From Candidatus Oxydemutatoraceae bacterium (GTDB lineage Bacteria; Pseudomonadota; Gammaproteobacteria; Poriferisulfidales; Oxydemutatoraceae): a stretch of DNA of 64,000 bases. Every line of letters starts with the position of its first letter. The first letter of the stretch is position 1. The position numbers were made by a program, and so were the translations under genes. This document shows positions 54,109-63,668 of this stretch, in pieces. The DNA is taken from positions 2,017,001 to 2,081,000 of the forward strand of contig OZ244717.1 of the NCBI GenBank assembly GCA_965218975.1. Direction: 5' to 3'. Below the pieces are notes generated by a model, which ran no database searches, was not told the origin of the DNA, and was given only the letters and a program-made list of their open reading frames with translations.

Positions 54109-55821
54109 TCAGCAATTCTTAAAGTTCTTTTTGACGCATTCGCGGGCAAGTGCTTGCGCTTTAGAGATATCGGCAGGAGTCATTCGTTCTTCCAATTCAT
54201 CTCTTAACTTTGCTCCTTCTTCATTCCCGTTTGCGGAAGCGATGTTCAGCCACATATAGGCATAGACATTATCCTTTGTTAATCCTCGGCCAAGAGCATA
54301 CATCACGCCCAGATTAGATTGCGCGATTGCATGCCTCTGTTCGGCAGCACGTCTGAACCACTCCGTTGCTTCCTGATCATCCTGAGGAACACCGCGTCCC
54401 GCGGCATACATCACGCCTAAGTTATTTTGCGCATCTGCATCTCCCTGTTTGACAGCGCGTCTGAACCACTCCATTGCTTTCTGATCATCCTGAGGAACAC
54501 CGCGTCCCGCGGCATACGCCACGCCTAGATTATTTTGCGCGGCTGCATCTCCCTGTTCGGCAGCGTGTCTGAACCACTCCACTGCTTTCTGATCATCCTG
54601 AGAAACACCGCGTCCCTTGGCATACCTCACGCCCAGATTAAATTGCGCTCTTGCATTCCCCTGTTCGGCAGCGCGTCTGAACCACTCCACTGCTTTCTGA
54701 TCATCCTGAGAAACACCGCGTCCCTTGTCATACATCACGCCTAGACCATATTGCGCGATTGCATGCCTCTGTTCGGCAGCGCGTCTGAACCACTCCGTTG
54801 CTTCCTGATCATCCTGAGGAACACCGCGTCCCTTGTGATACATCACGCCTAGACCATATTGCGCGATTGCATCTCCCTGTTCGGCAGCGCGTCTGAACCA
54901 CTTTACTGCTTCCTGATCATCCCGAGGAATACCGACTCCCTTGCGATACGCCACGCCCAGATTATATTGCGCGATTGCATGCCCCTGTTCGGCAGCGCGT
55001 TTGTACCACTCCACTGCTTTTTGGTCATCCTGAGGAATACCGCGTCCCTCAACATACATTACGCCCAGATTAGATTGCGCATCTGCATTTCCCTGTTCGG
55101 CAGCAAGTCTGAACCACTCCGTTGCTTTTTGGTCATCCTGAGGAACACCGTCTCCTTTGACATATGCCACGCCTAGATTAGATTGCGCTCTTGCATGCCC
55201 CTGTTCGGCAGCGCGTCTGAACCACTTTACTGCTGCCTGATCATCCTGAGGAATACCGCGTCCCCCAACATACATCACGCCCAGATTATATTGCGCATCT
55301 GCATTTCTCTGTTCGGCAGCAAGTCTGAACCACTCCGTTGCTTTCTGATCATCCTGAGGAACACTGCGTCCCGCGGCATACATTGCGCCCAGATTAGATT
55401 GCGCTCTTGCATCTCCCTGTTCGGCAGCACGTCTGTACCACTCCGTTGCTTTCTGATCATCCTGAGGAACACTGCGTCCCGCGGCATACATCACGCCCAG
55501 ATTATATTGTGCATCTGCATCTTCCTGCTCGGCAGCGCGTCTGAACCACTCCACTGCTTTCTGATCATTCTGGGAAATATCGAGTCTACTCTCGTCCTTG
55601 GGTTTGTCCTCGGATTTTATTGAGAAGTTTTTTGTTGAGAAGCTTTTTATTGAGATGAAGTTGCCTATTTCTATGGACTTGGTCTTCGTTGAGAATGAGG
55701 AGAAGCGCGGTCTTGCTTCTACAGAATCAGTGGGTCGGAATATCCATCGCTTCAATAATGTAGGCAATAAAACAGAAATGAGGGACAAAGCTTTCTTTAT
55801 TATCTTTATTATATTGTACAT
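54109..55821 (-). CDS. SEL1-like repeat protein, copy 3 (about 12 repeats, intact frame)
   Basis: 108-bp/36-aa tandem repeats and the shared C-cap DNVYAYMWLNIAS...KKNFKNC; start uncertain (frame open to 55950). Confidence 0.85.
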   Translation of the reverse strand: MYNIIKIIKKALSLISVLLPTLLKRWIFRPTDSVEARPRFSSFSTKTKSIEIGNFISIKSFSTKNFSIKSEDKPKDESRLDISQNDQKAVEWFRRAAEQEDADAQYNLGVMYAAGRSVPQDDQKATEWYRRAAEQGDARAQSNLGAMYAAGRSVPQDDQKATEWFRLAAEQRNADAQYNLGVMYVGGRGIPQDDQAAVKWFRRAAEQGHARAQSNLGVAYVKGDGVPQDDQKATEWFRLAAEQGNADAQSNLGVMYVEGRGIPQDDQKAVEWYKRAAEQGHAIAQYNLGVAYRKGVGIPRDDQEAVKWFRRAAEQGDAIAQYGLGVMYHKGRGVPQDDQEATEWFRRAAEQRHAIAQYGLGVMYDKGRGVSQDDQKAVEWFRRAAEQGNARAQFNLGVRYAKGRGVSQDDQKAVEWFRHAAEQGDAAAQNNLGVAYAAGRGVPQDDQKAMEWFRRAVKQGDADAQNNLGVMYAAGRGVPQDDQEATEWFRRAAEQRHAIAQSNLGVMYALGRGLTKDNVYAYMWLNIASANGNEEGAKLRDELEERMTPADISKAQALARECVKKNFKNC

Positions 55822-56419
55822 GTTCAGATACATACTGAATTCTTGGACATCAGTAAAAAGGTGCCCGACATGCAGTATCGGCACATCGGCCACCGCATCA
55901 AAGGTTTCCATACGAGCACGTTTTGCTTCAAAAATGGGGGCTCTGAACACAACTGCTTAACAGAAACACGATATCATTAAAGTGCTATTTTAGCACTATA
56001 CATATTACAGGATTTACAAGGCTGTTTCTCCTGTTGGGATGGAGGGCCAAATGTTTCTGAGCTTATGCAATACACCCTAGAGCACGACAACGGGGTTTTT
56101 CGGCGGCGTCCGGGTAACCCTATGATAATAAAGGATTTATTTTTTACCCAAAGGTCAAAACCTACGAAGTCAAAAGATCAACAATCCGTTTTTTAGTCGC
56201 ATAGCTTGATATCAGCACCTGACCGTTTTTCAAGCATCCTTTTTACCCGCAGTTTCAGATATAAGCTTCCGAAGGCAAAGCAAAATTTACAACTTTACTG
56301 CCATGCCGAACGAGTATGTACGCATGTCTATTTTTAGAGAATATGACAAAGGGGGGGTGTACACCGCTGAGAAGGACCCGCTCAACGACACCCGGTTCTA
56401 CATAACAAACCTAAACTTC

Positions 56420-57622
56420 TTAAATAATGCTCTGATAAATATAAATTCCGCCGAGATAAGTTCCGATTGCCGAACCGATGGTACTCAGAAAAAAAATTAA
56501 TAGGGTACGTGCAACGCGGTTCTTTCGCCAACCGGAAATGTGCCCAATATCCGTGCGCAGAGTTGCAAAATCAATTACTTTAGGTTTGCGTAATAATAGT
56601 TCGATAAAAGCAGCGACCATCCCGGCACCGATAGCCGGATTGATCGAAGTTAGCGGTGCGGCGACAAATACTGTTATAACTGTCAGTGAATGCGCTCCGG
56701 CAAACAACGCACCGATTGCGGCAAGCCCGCCATTAATTACGATCCAATAAAAGATCAATGTTAAACCTAGTTCGGCACTATGCCGAAACCCGATAATGAA
56801 TCCCGCAACAATGACAGCCACAACTGCCCAAGGCAATATTTTAGGCAGTACGCCGGCGGGAGGAATTCGCGTCAATTCGGCCATTTTCTCTTGGATATCA
56901 TCAACACCTTGATGCAGAATGTTTGTCAGACCGGCAAGATGCCCCATACCAATCACTACCAATGCCCGCTGAGGTTTTTGTCGCCACACATAGTCAATAA
57001 TTTGCAGCGCCATATATTGATCGCGTTCATCCACCAATGTTTGCTTAACTTGATAACCGCCAAGCTCTGCTTCATCAAATAGATGTTCCAACGCATCGCC
57101 TTGCTTCAGCGACTCAACCTCTTGCTCGGTCACTCGCTGACGAGTCACTAAACCGGCAAACAATGCGGATAGCAAAAATAATCGCTTCCACCACGGCACT
57201 CGTCTTGACAGACGTTTTAAGGTTATGCCGAGATCGCGATCAATGAGCACCATAGGTAAATTTTTTTCCTCGGCAAGTTGTACCGCCACTTTAATTTCAG
57301 CGCCGGCTTCAATGTTGAGTTGTTCGGCAAGCCGTTGCTGGTAGGCGCTCAGGGCAAGGATCGCGATCACTCCCATTGCTCTCTTTTGTTTAATCAATCG
57401 CCATAAGTCAATCTCGGCAATCGCCTCCGGGTTCACCATCGCTTGATAACGGCGATCGCACAGTTCAACCATTACCGCATCGTATGCGCCGCTTTCAATA
57501 CGGTTGATCACACTGTCACGACTGACTTTTGAAATATGCGCCGTGCCCAGTAAATCAATCTGGCTATCCCCCACTTTAATTGTGTTGATTTGTTCTGCGG
57601 CATTTGCTATCGCTACAGTCAT
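56420..57622 (-). CDS. TraB/GumN (PrgY-like) family protein
   Basis: LLGTAHIS, VELC..R, LIDRD, ERDQYMA, VIGMGHL; C-terminal TMs. Confidence 0.9.
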   Translation of the reverse strand: MTVAIANAAEQINTIKVGDSQIDLLGTAHISKVSRDSVINRIESGAYDAVMVELCDRRYQAMVNPEAIAEIDLWRLIKQKRAMGVIAILALSAYQQRLAEQLNIEAGAEIKVAVQLAEEKNLPMVLIDRDLGITLKRLSRRVPWWKRLFLLSALFAGLVTRQRVTEQEVESLKQGDALEHLFDEAELGGYQVKQTLVDERDQYMALQIIDYVWRQKPQRALVVIGMGHLAGLTNILHQGVDDIQEKMAELTRIPPAGVLPKILPWAVVAVIVAGFIIGFRHSAELGLTLIFYWIVINGGLAAIGALFAGAHSLTVITVFVAAPLTSINPAIGAGMVAAFIELLLRKPKVIDFATLRTDIGHISGWRKNRVARTLLIFFLSTIGSAIGTYLGGIYIYQSII

Positions 57623-58386
57623 TCTAACCGGGCCTCTTGTTTTCCGTCACATGCCGGACAATCCGGTCTTTTAACCAAACGAATCATCTTCCACTCCATT
57701 CTCAGTGCATCAAGTAAAAACATTTTCCCTTCAAGCGAACTGCCGATACCAACCAATAACTTAATCGCTTCAATCGCTTGTATGCATCCCACCATCCCGA
57801 CTAACGGCGCAAATATTCCGCTTTGCACACAAGATTCATCAACCTCGGTACCTCTCGGATATAGACATTCGTAACATGGCGCATCGCCATCAGATATAAA
57901 TGCTGCGATTTGTCCCTCAAAACGTATTGCTGCGGCACTCACCAAAGGTTTTGCCGCATGAAGACAAGCTTTATTCACCGCATACCGTGTGTCAAAATTG
58001 TCCGTTGCATCCAACACAATATCGGCCTTTGCAACAAATGTTTCTAACTGTTCACCTTCAAGGCATCCCAATGATTCAACGGCAACTTCCGGGTTAAGCG
58101 CTATAAGCGTATCGCGTGCCGAATCCGTCTTACACCGCCCAATATCATTGCTGGTATGAATGATCTGCCGTTGCAAATTAGACAGCTCAACCATATCGCC
58201 ATCGGCAATTAGCAAAGTGCCAACACCACTTCCGGCAAGGTACATTGCTGCCGGCGAACCAAGACCGCCTAATCCGATGAGCAAAACCTTTGCTGACAAC
58301 AGTTTTTCCTGTCCTTCCATCCCAATTTCAGGCAGGACCAACTGCCTGCCGTAGCGGAGTAGTTGCTGATCGTTTAAGTCCGGCAC
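57619..58386 (-). CDS. moeB: Molybdopterin-synthase adenylyltransferase (MoeB/ThiF family)
   Basis: RYGRQL, GLGGLGS, SNLQRQ, DATDN, PCYEC, CPAC. Confidence 0.9.
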   Translation of the reverse strand: MPDLNDQQLLRYGRQLVLPEIGMEGQEKLLSAKVLLIGLGGLGSPAAMYLAGSGVGTLLIADGDMVELSNLQRQIIHTSNDIGRCKTDSARDTLIALNPEVAVESLGCLEGEQLETFVAKADIVLDATDNFDTRYAVNKACLHAAKPLVSAAAIRFEGQIAAFISDGDAPCYECLYPRGTEVDESCVQSGIFAPLVGMVGCIQAIEAIKLLVGIGSSLEGKMFLLDALRMEWKMIRLVKRPDCPACDGKQEARLE

Positions 58387-58479
58387 AAGCTTTTGAATAT
58401 TATGAGCGTTAAAAAGTACAGCCGCATTGAACGAGTGAGTCTAAAGTGCGGCGAGGAACTTTAGGTAAAAACGAACCCG

Positions 58480-58800
58480 CTAGCTTGATGCAGACACGGC
58501 TTTCTTCTTCTCCTCAAAAGCAGCTCGTTGTCCAGTCGTCATCTCGGTTTGATACTTTTCTTTCCACTCAGCATACGGCATACCATAAATAGCCTCCCGC
58601 ACTTGATCGTAATCCAAATCTTCTCCACGCTCCTTTGCCGCCGCAACGTACCACTTACATAAACAGTTGCGGCAAAAATCGGCCAAATTCATTAAATCAA
58701 TATTCTGAACATCCGTTCTTTTGCGCAAATGATCAACTAACCTTCTAAAAACGGCAGCTTCAATTTCGATGGCCAATTGTTTATCATTCTTCTCCGACAT
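58480..58800 (-). CDS. DUF1244-family protein
   Basis: EAAVFRRLV.HL..RTDVQNIDLMNLA.FCRNCL...YGMPY.EWK; start placed at 58800. Confidence 0.85.
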   Translation of the reverse strand: MSEKNDKQLAIEIEAAVFRRLVDHLRKRTDVQNIDLMNLADFCRNCLCKWYVAAAKERGEDLDYDQVREAIYGMPYAEWKEKYQTEMTTGQRAAFEEKKKAVSASS

Positions 58801-59423
58801 AGCATGTCCTTCTATCCGAATTTCTAAAAAACCTCCGCTCTTATTATAATGGATACAATACATATGCGACAAAACATTATACGCATACCGATGCACTTCA
58901 AACTTTTGAGAGTCATCCGGGACCAACATGTAACGTTGTATAACGTGCGACAGCTTTCGCCTGAATCGTCCTGCGCCGCAACCCAACTATGCCCGATTTT
59001 AGCGACCCGGTAAAAACCCCGGATTCGATAGCCTATATGTTGGATTTGCAAGGCTTCTCCTCCTGTCGGCAGGAGTGCCAAATGTTTCTGAGCTTATGCA
59101 GAGTTGGTACCGCCGACAGCGACTATATAATGCTTTGTTTATATTACACATACACAGCTTGCAACGCTTGCTCAGGCGTACTAGAGGCTGTGACTGGTCT
59201 TAAAAAACATCTGAGTTGCATCCAACCTGTGTTCACTTCAGAATATCGGTGCGTCATGTTCCTGTTGAGCGGATATATTTGTGGCGCCTATAATTTTTGT
59301 CGTGAAAGGGTATATATAGGAAACCTTTGGTGCCGTAGCCGACATGCTGGTATCACATATCGGCCGCCTGTTTTATTAAAAATAATTTATCCAATAGTAT
59401 TATGAGTCATACAAAACAAAATA

Positions 59424-60017
59424 ATGAATAACCCGAAAGAGCAAATAACTGGCGTAATTCTTGCGGGCGGAAAAGGGTCACGTATGGGCGGGGTAGATAA
59501 AGGACTAATTAAATTTCAGGGACGTCCTCTAGTGGAACATATTCTTGAACGAGTCAAACCGCAAGTGAATGAAGTCGTTATCAACGCCAACCGAAATCTA
59601 CAAAAATATGCAGGTTATGGCGTCAAAGTCGTACGCGACGAACAACAAGAGTCGCAGGGGCCTTTGGCAGGTATCGCATCCGCTATGGCAATAACTACCA
59701 CACCGTTGCTACTAACTACTCCTTGCGATAGCCCTTTCCTACCCATCAACCTTGCACAACGCTTGTATCTGGCTTTAACCGATAACGATGTTGATCTTGC
59801 CGTCGCCAACACCGGCAAGTTACAACCTGTATTTTGTCTGGTCAAAACCGACTTACGCAATAGTCTAATGAATTTTATGGCGGGCGGCGGCAGAAAAATT
59901 GATTTATGGTATAACCAAATCCGATATACTAGCGCCGACTTCAGCGATATACCGGAATGTTTTACCAATATCAACACCCCGCAAGACATGAAAAAGATAA
60001 TAGCAACAGAATCATAG
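59424..60017 (+). CDS. mobA: Molybdenum cofactor guanylyltransferase
   Basis: ILAGGKGSRMGG.DKG, GPLAGI, PCDSPFLP, NINTP. Confidence 0.96.
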   Translation: MNNPKEQITGVILAGGKGSRMGGVDKGLIKFQGRPLVEHILERVKPQVNEVVINANRNLQKYAGYGVKVVRDEQQESQGPLAGIASAMAITTTPLLLTTPCDSPFLPINLAQRLYLALTDNDVDLAVANTGKLQPVFCLVKTDLRNSLMNFMAGGGRKIDLWYNQIRYTSADFSDIPECFTNINTPQDMKKIIATES

Positions 60018-60025
60018 CCTACCCC

Positions 60026-60565
60026 ATGACAGCCGGAAAAACACCGAAGATGCTCGGCTTTTGCGCGTACAGCGGTACCGGGAAAACCACTTTGCTCCGG
60101 CAGTTGATACCGCTACTACACTCAAAAGGCATCCGTATCGGCGTTATTAAACACGCGCACCATAAATTTGATATTGATCAGCCGGGGAAAGATAGTTACG
60201 AATTGCGCAAGGCCGGTGCAAAGCAGATGCTAATTTCATCAAGCCGCCGGCATGCTCTGATTACCGAACTCTCAGAGACTGATTCCGAACCGAGGCTAAA
60301 CGAATTGATTAAGCAATTGAATTATGAAATGTTGGACTTAATCTTAATTGAAGGATTCAAACATGAAAAGCTCCCCAAGATCGAATTACATCGCCACACA
60401 CTTAACAAACCATATATTTACCCGTCGGACGATAGTGTGATTGCTTTTGCAAGCGACGATACTCCTCCCGCAAACTTAAAAATCCCCTCGTTGGATCTTA
60501 ATAATGTCAAGAGTATTGCAGAATTTATTGTCACATACATAACAAATTCCGCAAAGCACCTGTGA
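60026..60565 (+). CDS. mobB: Molybdopterin-guanine dinucleotide biosynthesis protein B
   Basis: YSGTGKTTL, KHAHH.FDID.PGKDS, EGFK; start placed at 60026. Confidence 0.95.
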   Translation: MTAGKTPKMLGFCAYSGTGKTTLLRQLIPLLHSKGIRIGVIKHAHHKFDIDQPGKDSYELRKAGAKQMLISSSRRHALITELSETDSEPRLNELIKQLNYEMLDLILIEGFKHEKLPKIELHRHTLNKPYIYPSDDSVIAFASDDTPPANLKIPSLDLNNVKSIAEFIVTYITNSAKHL

Positions 60566-60714
60566 TTATGAATTACAACCTTCGTGTATCCATGTACACG
60601 AGTAATGATAGAGCAACATAATTTATCGTATGCTGTATGCTGTATAATGACTGTCTTTTGCCACCGTAGGTAGCGGCTACGCACGCTCAAAGTAAAAGAC
60701 ACATAACATCAGTC

Positions 60715-62016
60715 ATGGAAGGGAAAAAACTGACAAAGTTAATAGACTCTGAAGGGAATAATGAAATCGAACTACCCATACTAAAAGCAACGATGGGAAG
60801 AAATACGATTGACATTAGCGAGCTTGCTAAAAAAACGAGATACTTTACTTTTGACCCAGGGTTTGTCTCCACGGCAAGCTGCGAAAGCAAAATTACTTAT
60901 ATCGACGGTAGTAAAGGCAAACTCAGCTATCGCGGTTATCCGATTGAGCAACTAGCGGAACACAGTAGTTTTCTTGAGAGCGCCTACTTACTGTATCACA
61001 GCAATCTACCAACGCAATCGCAGATTGATAACTTCCGATCAGACATCGCCAGGCATACTGAAATGGATGAAAAAGCGGTCAGATCTTTATATGATAGCTT
61101 CCCGAAAGAAGCGCATCCGATACCGATGCTAATGGCCGCAGTCAGTTATCTTGCGGCATTGCATCATGAGAAAAAAAATGTCTATGATGCCGAATACCAA
61201 AATTTCTGCAACTGCGAACTGATTGCAAAGATGCCGATTATCGCGGCTTGGGCATATCGCCATCATATGAATGCCCCTCTCATCCAACCGAACAAAAATT
61301 TACCTTACACTAAAAACTTCCTGACAATGCTATTCGGCGAACGACAACCGATGAGCAACACTCTTGTTAGAGCAATGGATTTAATTTTACTATTGCATGC
61401 CGATCATGAACAAAATGCTTCAACCTCTACCGTACGTCTAACCGGAAGTACTGAAGCGAGCCCGTATGCGGCAATCACCGCAGGAATTGCTTCCTTATGG
61501 GGCCCGGCACATGGCGGAGCCAATGAAGCGGTAATCAAGATGCTGGAGGAAATTGTGCGGTCAGGCCATCCAATCGAAGAATATATTGATCGAGCAAAAG
61601 ATAAAAACGATCATTTTCGCTTAATGGGGTTTGGTCATAGAATCTATAAAAATTACGATCCGCGCGCGAAAATCATCCGTGTTATATGTCATAATTTGCT
61701 GGCTGAGTTAGGTACGGATAATCCGAATAAACCTTTGTTATTTGCTGCAATGAAACTTGAAAACATTGCACTTGAAGACGACTATTTTATCAGTCGGAAA
61801 CTATACCCCAATGTTGATTTTTATTCTGGCATTATTTTAAGCGCCATGGGTTTATCGCCCGACATGTTCACCGTGATATTCGCCTTGGCAAGAACAGTTG
61901 GTTGGCTAAGCCATTGGCAAGAGATGATGTCAACCGGGCATACAAAGATCTACCGGCCACGCCAACTTTATACCGGTGAAATGACACGGGATTATCTGCC
62001 GATTAACCGGCGCTAG
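60715..62016 (+). CDS. gltA: Citrate synthase
   Basis: DPGF.STASCES, HADHEQNAST, GPAHGGANE, GFGHR.YK..DPR, YPNVDF. Confidence 0.97.
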   Translation: MEGKKLTKLIDSEGNNEIELPILKATMGRNTIDISELAKKTRYFTFDPGFVSTASCESKITYIDGSKGKLSYRGYPIEQLAEHSSFLESAYLLYHSNLPTQSQIDNFRSDIARHTEMDEKAVRSLYDSFPKEAHPIPMLMAAVSYLAALHHEKKNVYDAEYQNFCNCELIAKMPIIAAWAYRHHMNAPLIQPNKNLPYTKNFLTMLFGERQPMSNTLVRAMDLILLLHADHEQNASTSTVRLTGSTEASPYAAITAGIASLWGPAHGGANEAVIKMLEEIVRSGHPIEEYIDRAKDKNDHFRLMGFGHRIYKNYDPRAKIIRVICHNLLAELGTDNPNKPLLFAAMKLENIALEDDYFISRKLYPNVDFYSGIILSAMGLSPDMFTVIFALARTVGWLSHWQEMMSTGHTKIYRPRQLYTGEMTRDYLPINRR

Positions 62017-62039
62017 CACAATAAAATCGCCAGCCTATA

Positions 62040-63197
62040 TTAAACGGTTTGTCGGATAAACTTCCTCACTACCGGAGAAAACATCTCCGCATCGACTAAA
62101 AATGAATCGTGTCCATAGATGGAATTCAGCGGATGGAATACCACATCCGTTCCCGCTTTTTTCAATCCTTCGGCAATTTGACTTTGTTGTTGCAAAGGAA
62201 ACAAAATATCGGTCGTCACACCGATCACTAATGCTTTCTTCACATGTATTCTGGCAAGCCCGGCATTCACCGACCCGCCATGATCACTGACATCAAATAA
62301 ATCCATTGCGCGAGAAAGATACAAATAACTATTGGCATCAAAATATGCGGCAAATTTCTTTGCGTTATAATCAAGATAGGATTCTATCTCAAACTCCATT
62401 CCGAACTTGTCCGTACTCTTACGCTCCGGGGAAATCCGCGCCCGATTAAATCGCTGATGCCACTCCTCGGCGGCACGATAAGACATCAAACCTAGTTTTC
62501 TTGCCAAGATCATACCCTTGCAAGGCTCGTCGTCAATCGAATAACTGCCGCCTTTCCAGCATGGGTCGCAACGAATAATCTCTCGTTGCACCGAACGCAT
62601 TGCAATCGTAAACGGTAATGCCCGGCAGGCTCCGGATATTGTAACCAAATAATCGACTTCGCCGGGATATTGCAGAGCGTAAGCAAGCGATGACATACCT
62701 CCCATTGACGCACCTACCACCGCATGCAAATGATCGATACCGATTTCATTCAACGCATGATGCGCAGCTTTGGCAATATCCTCAATAGTCAGTTCCGGAA
62801 AAAGAATACCGTACGGTTTCCCGGTCTCCGGATTAGTCGACATGGGATAGGTTGACCCGAAGCAGCTGCCAAAAGAATTGACGCAAATCACATAAAAACG
62901 ATTAGTATCTATCGGCTTATTCGGACCGATCATATACTCCCACCAACCGGGATAAGCATCATCCTCCGAGGACGCAGCATGTGCCGAAGGCGACAAACCG
63001 GTAAATATCAAAATCACATTGTCGTGATTGTCCGATAACTTGCCCCATGTCTCATAAGCGATATGCACCTCGTGCAAACGGTCGCCACGACGCATAATAA
63101 ATTGATGCGTGCCGTAATCACCCGATAAGCGCACTATATTAGTTGCTGAAGGAATGTGTATTCCTTCTATTGCCGTCTCACTCGTTTTGATTGTCAT
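62040..63197 (-). CDS. MetX-fold (homo)serine O-acyltransferase
   Basis: AYETWG, GWW..MIGP, GASMGG nucleophile, D.LFP, GHDSFL; TGLSPSAH in place of HALSG. Confidence 0.85.
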   Translation of the reverse strand: MTIKTSETAIEGIHIPSATNIVRLSGDYGTHQFIMRRGDRLHEVHIAYETWGKLSDNHDNVILIFTGLSPSAHAASSEDDAYPGWWEYMIGPNKPIDTNRFYVICVNSFGSCFGSTYPMSTNPETGKPYGILFPELTIEDIAKAAHHALNEIGIDHLHAVVGASMGGMSSLAYALQYPGEVDYLVTISGACRALPFTIAMRSVQREIIRCDPCWKGGSYSIDDEPCKGMILARKLGLMSYRAAEEWHQRFNRARISPERKSTDKFGMEFEIESYLDYNAKKFAAYFDANSYLYLSRAMDLFDVSDHGGSVNAGLARIHVKKALVIGVTTDILFPLQQQSQIAEGLKKAGTDVVFHPLNSIYGHDSFLVDAEMFSPVVRKFIRQTV

Positions 63198-63230
63198 TCA
63201 ATTTCAATTCAGCGAGGAAAATATTTCACA

Positions 63231-63668
63231 TTACATAAAACTTTTTTTATTTTCGCATACGGATAACATAGCAACACAAGATATTGCGAACAACCCAATC
63301 GTCCCGACCAATATACGCGCTGTCAATGTTTCAAAAAACAGGAATATTGTTAAAGTGAACATTGCAACCACCATAATCATTGCGGCAATTTTTGTCCTGC
63401 GACGTACACAACGGTGATCTTCCCAATCACGAATGTTTTTACCGAAGTACTTATTATTTAGTAACAACAGATAAAACCGCTCGGATGAACGGGCATAACA
63501 ATAAGCAGCCAAAATGATGAATGGCGAAGTCGGCACAACCGGCAGCAACAGACCGATTATTCCGAACATAACCGACAAATGTCCTGCCAGCAGGAATAAC
63601 AAACGTCCGCGTGCTGATAGATGCACTGCCATTCTGCCTCGCATCGAAGCTCTTCTATCGTCGTTCAT
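63231..63668 (-). CDS. YbaN (DUF454) membrane protein
   Basis: G.IG..LPVVPTSPFIILAA.CYARSS. Confidence 0.85.
   Translation of the reverse strand: MNDDRRASMRGRMAVHLSARGRLLFLLAGHLSVMFGIIGLLLPVVPTSPFIILAAYCYARSSERFYLLLLNNKYFGKNIRDWEDHRCVRRRTKIAAMIMVVAMFTLTIFLFFETLTARILVGTIGLFAISCVAMLSVCENKKSFM

Noticed and set aside
50604-55623. Plus-strand repetitive ORFs (ISLFGSASEPLRCFLIILRNT)
   Set aside because: Antisense shadows of the 108-bp SEL1 repeats.
49030-55821. Diversity-generating retroelement or integron explanation for the SEL1 modules
   Set aside because: No reverse transcriptase or IntI in the window, variation is not adenine-specific, and no attC-type RYYYAAC/GTTRRRY bounded sites were seen.
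55981-55997. AGTGCTA-TTT-TAGCACT palindrome resembling CIRCE
   Set aside because: Arms are in reverse order with a 3-nt rather than 9-nt spacer, and it is not upstream of a chaperone gene.
56351-56380. GGGGTG...GCTGAGAAGGACCC resembling the 5' half of a TPP riboswitch
   Set aside because: The 3' half (ACCTGAT...TAAT...CGNAGG) is missing and there is no downstream gene on that strand.
58989-59405. 138-aa Cys-rich ORF
   Set aside because: No recognisable motif, and it spans the degenerate intergenic repeats.
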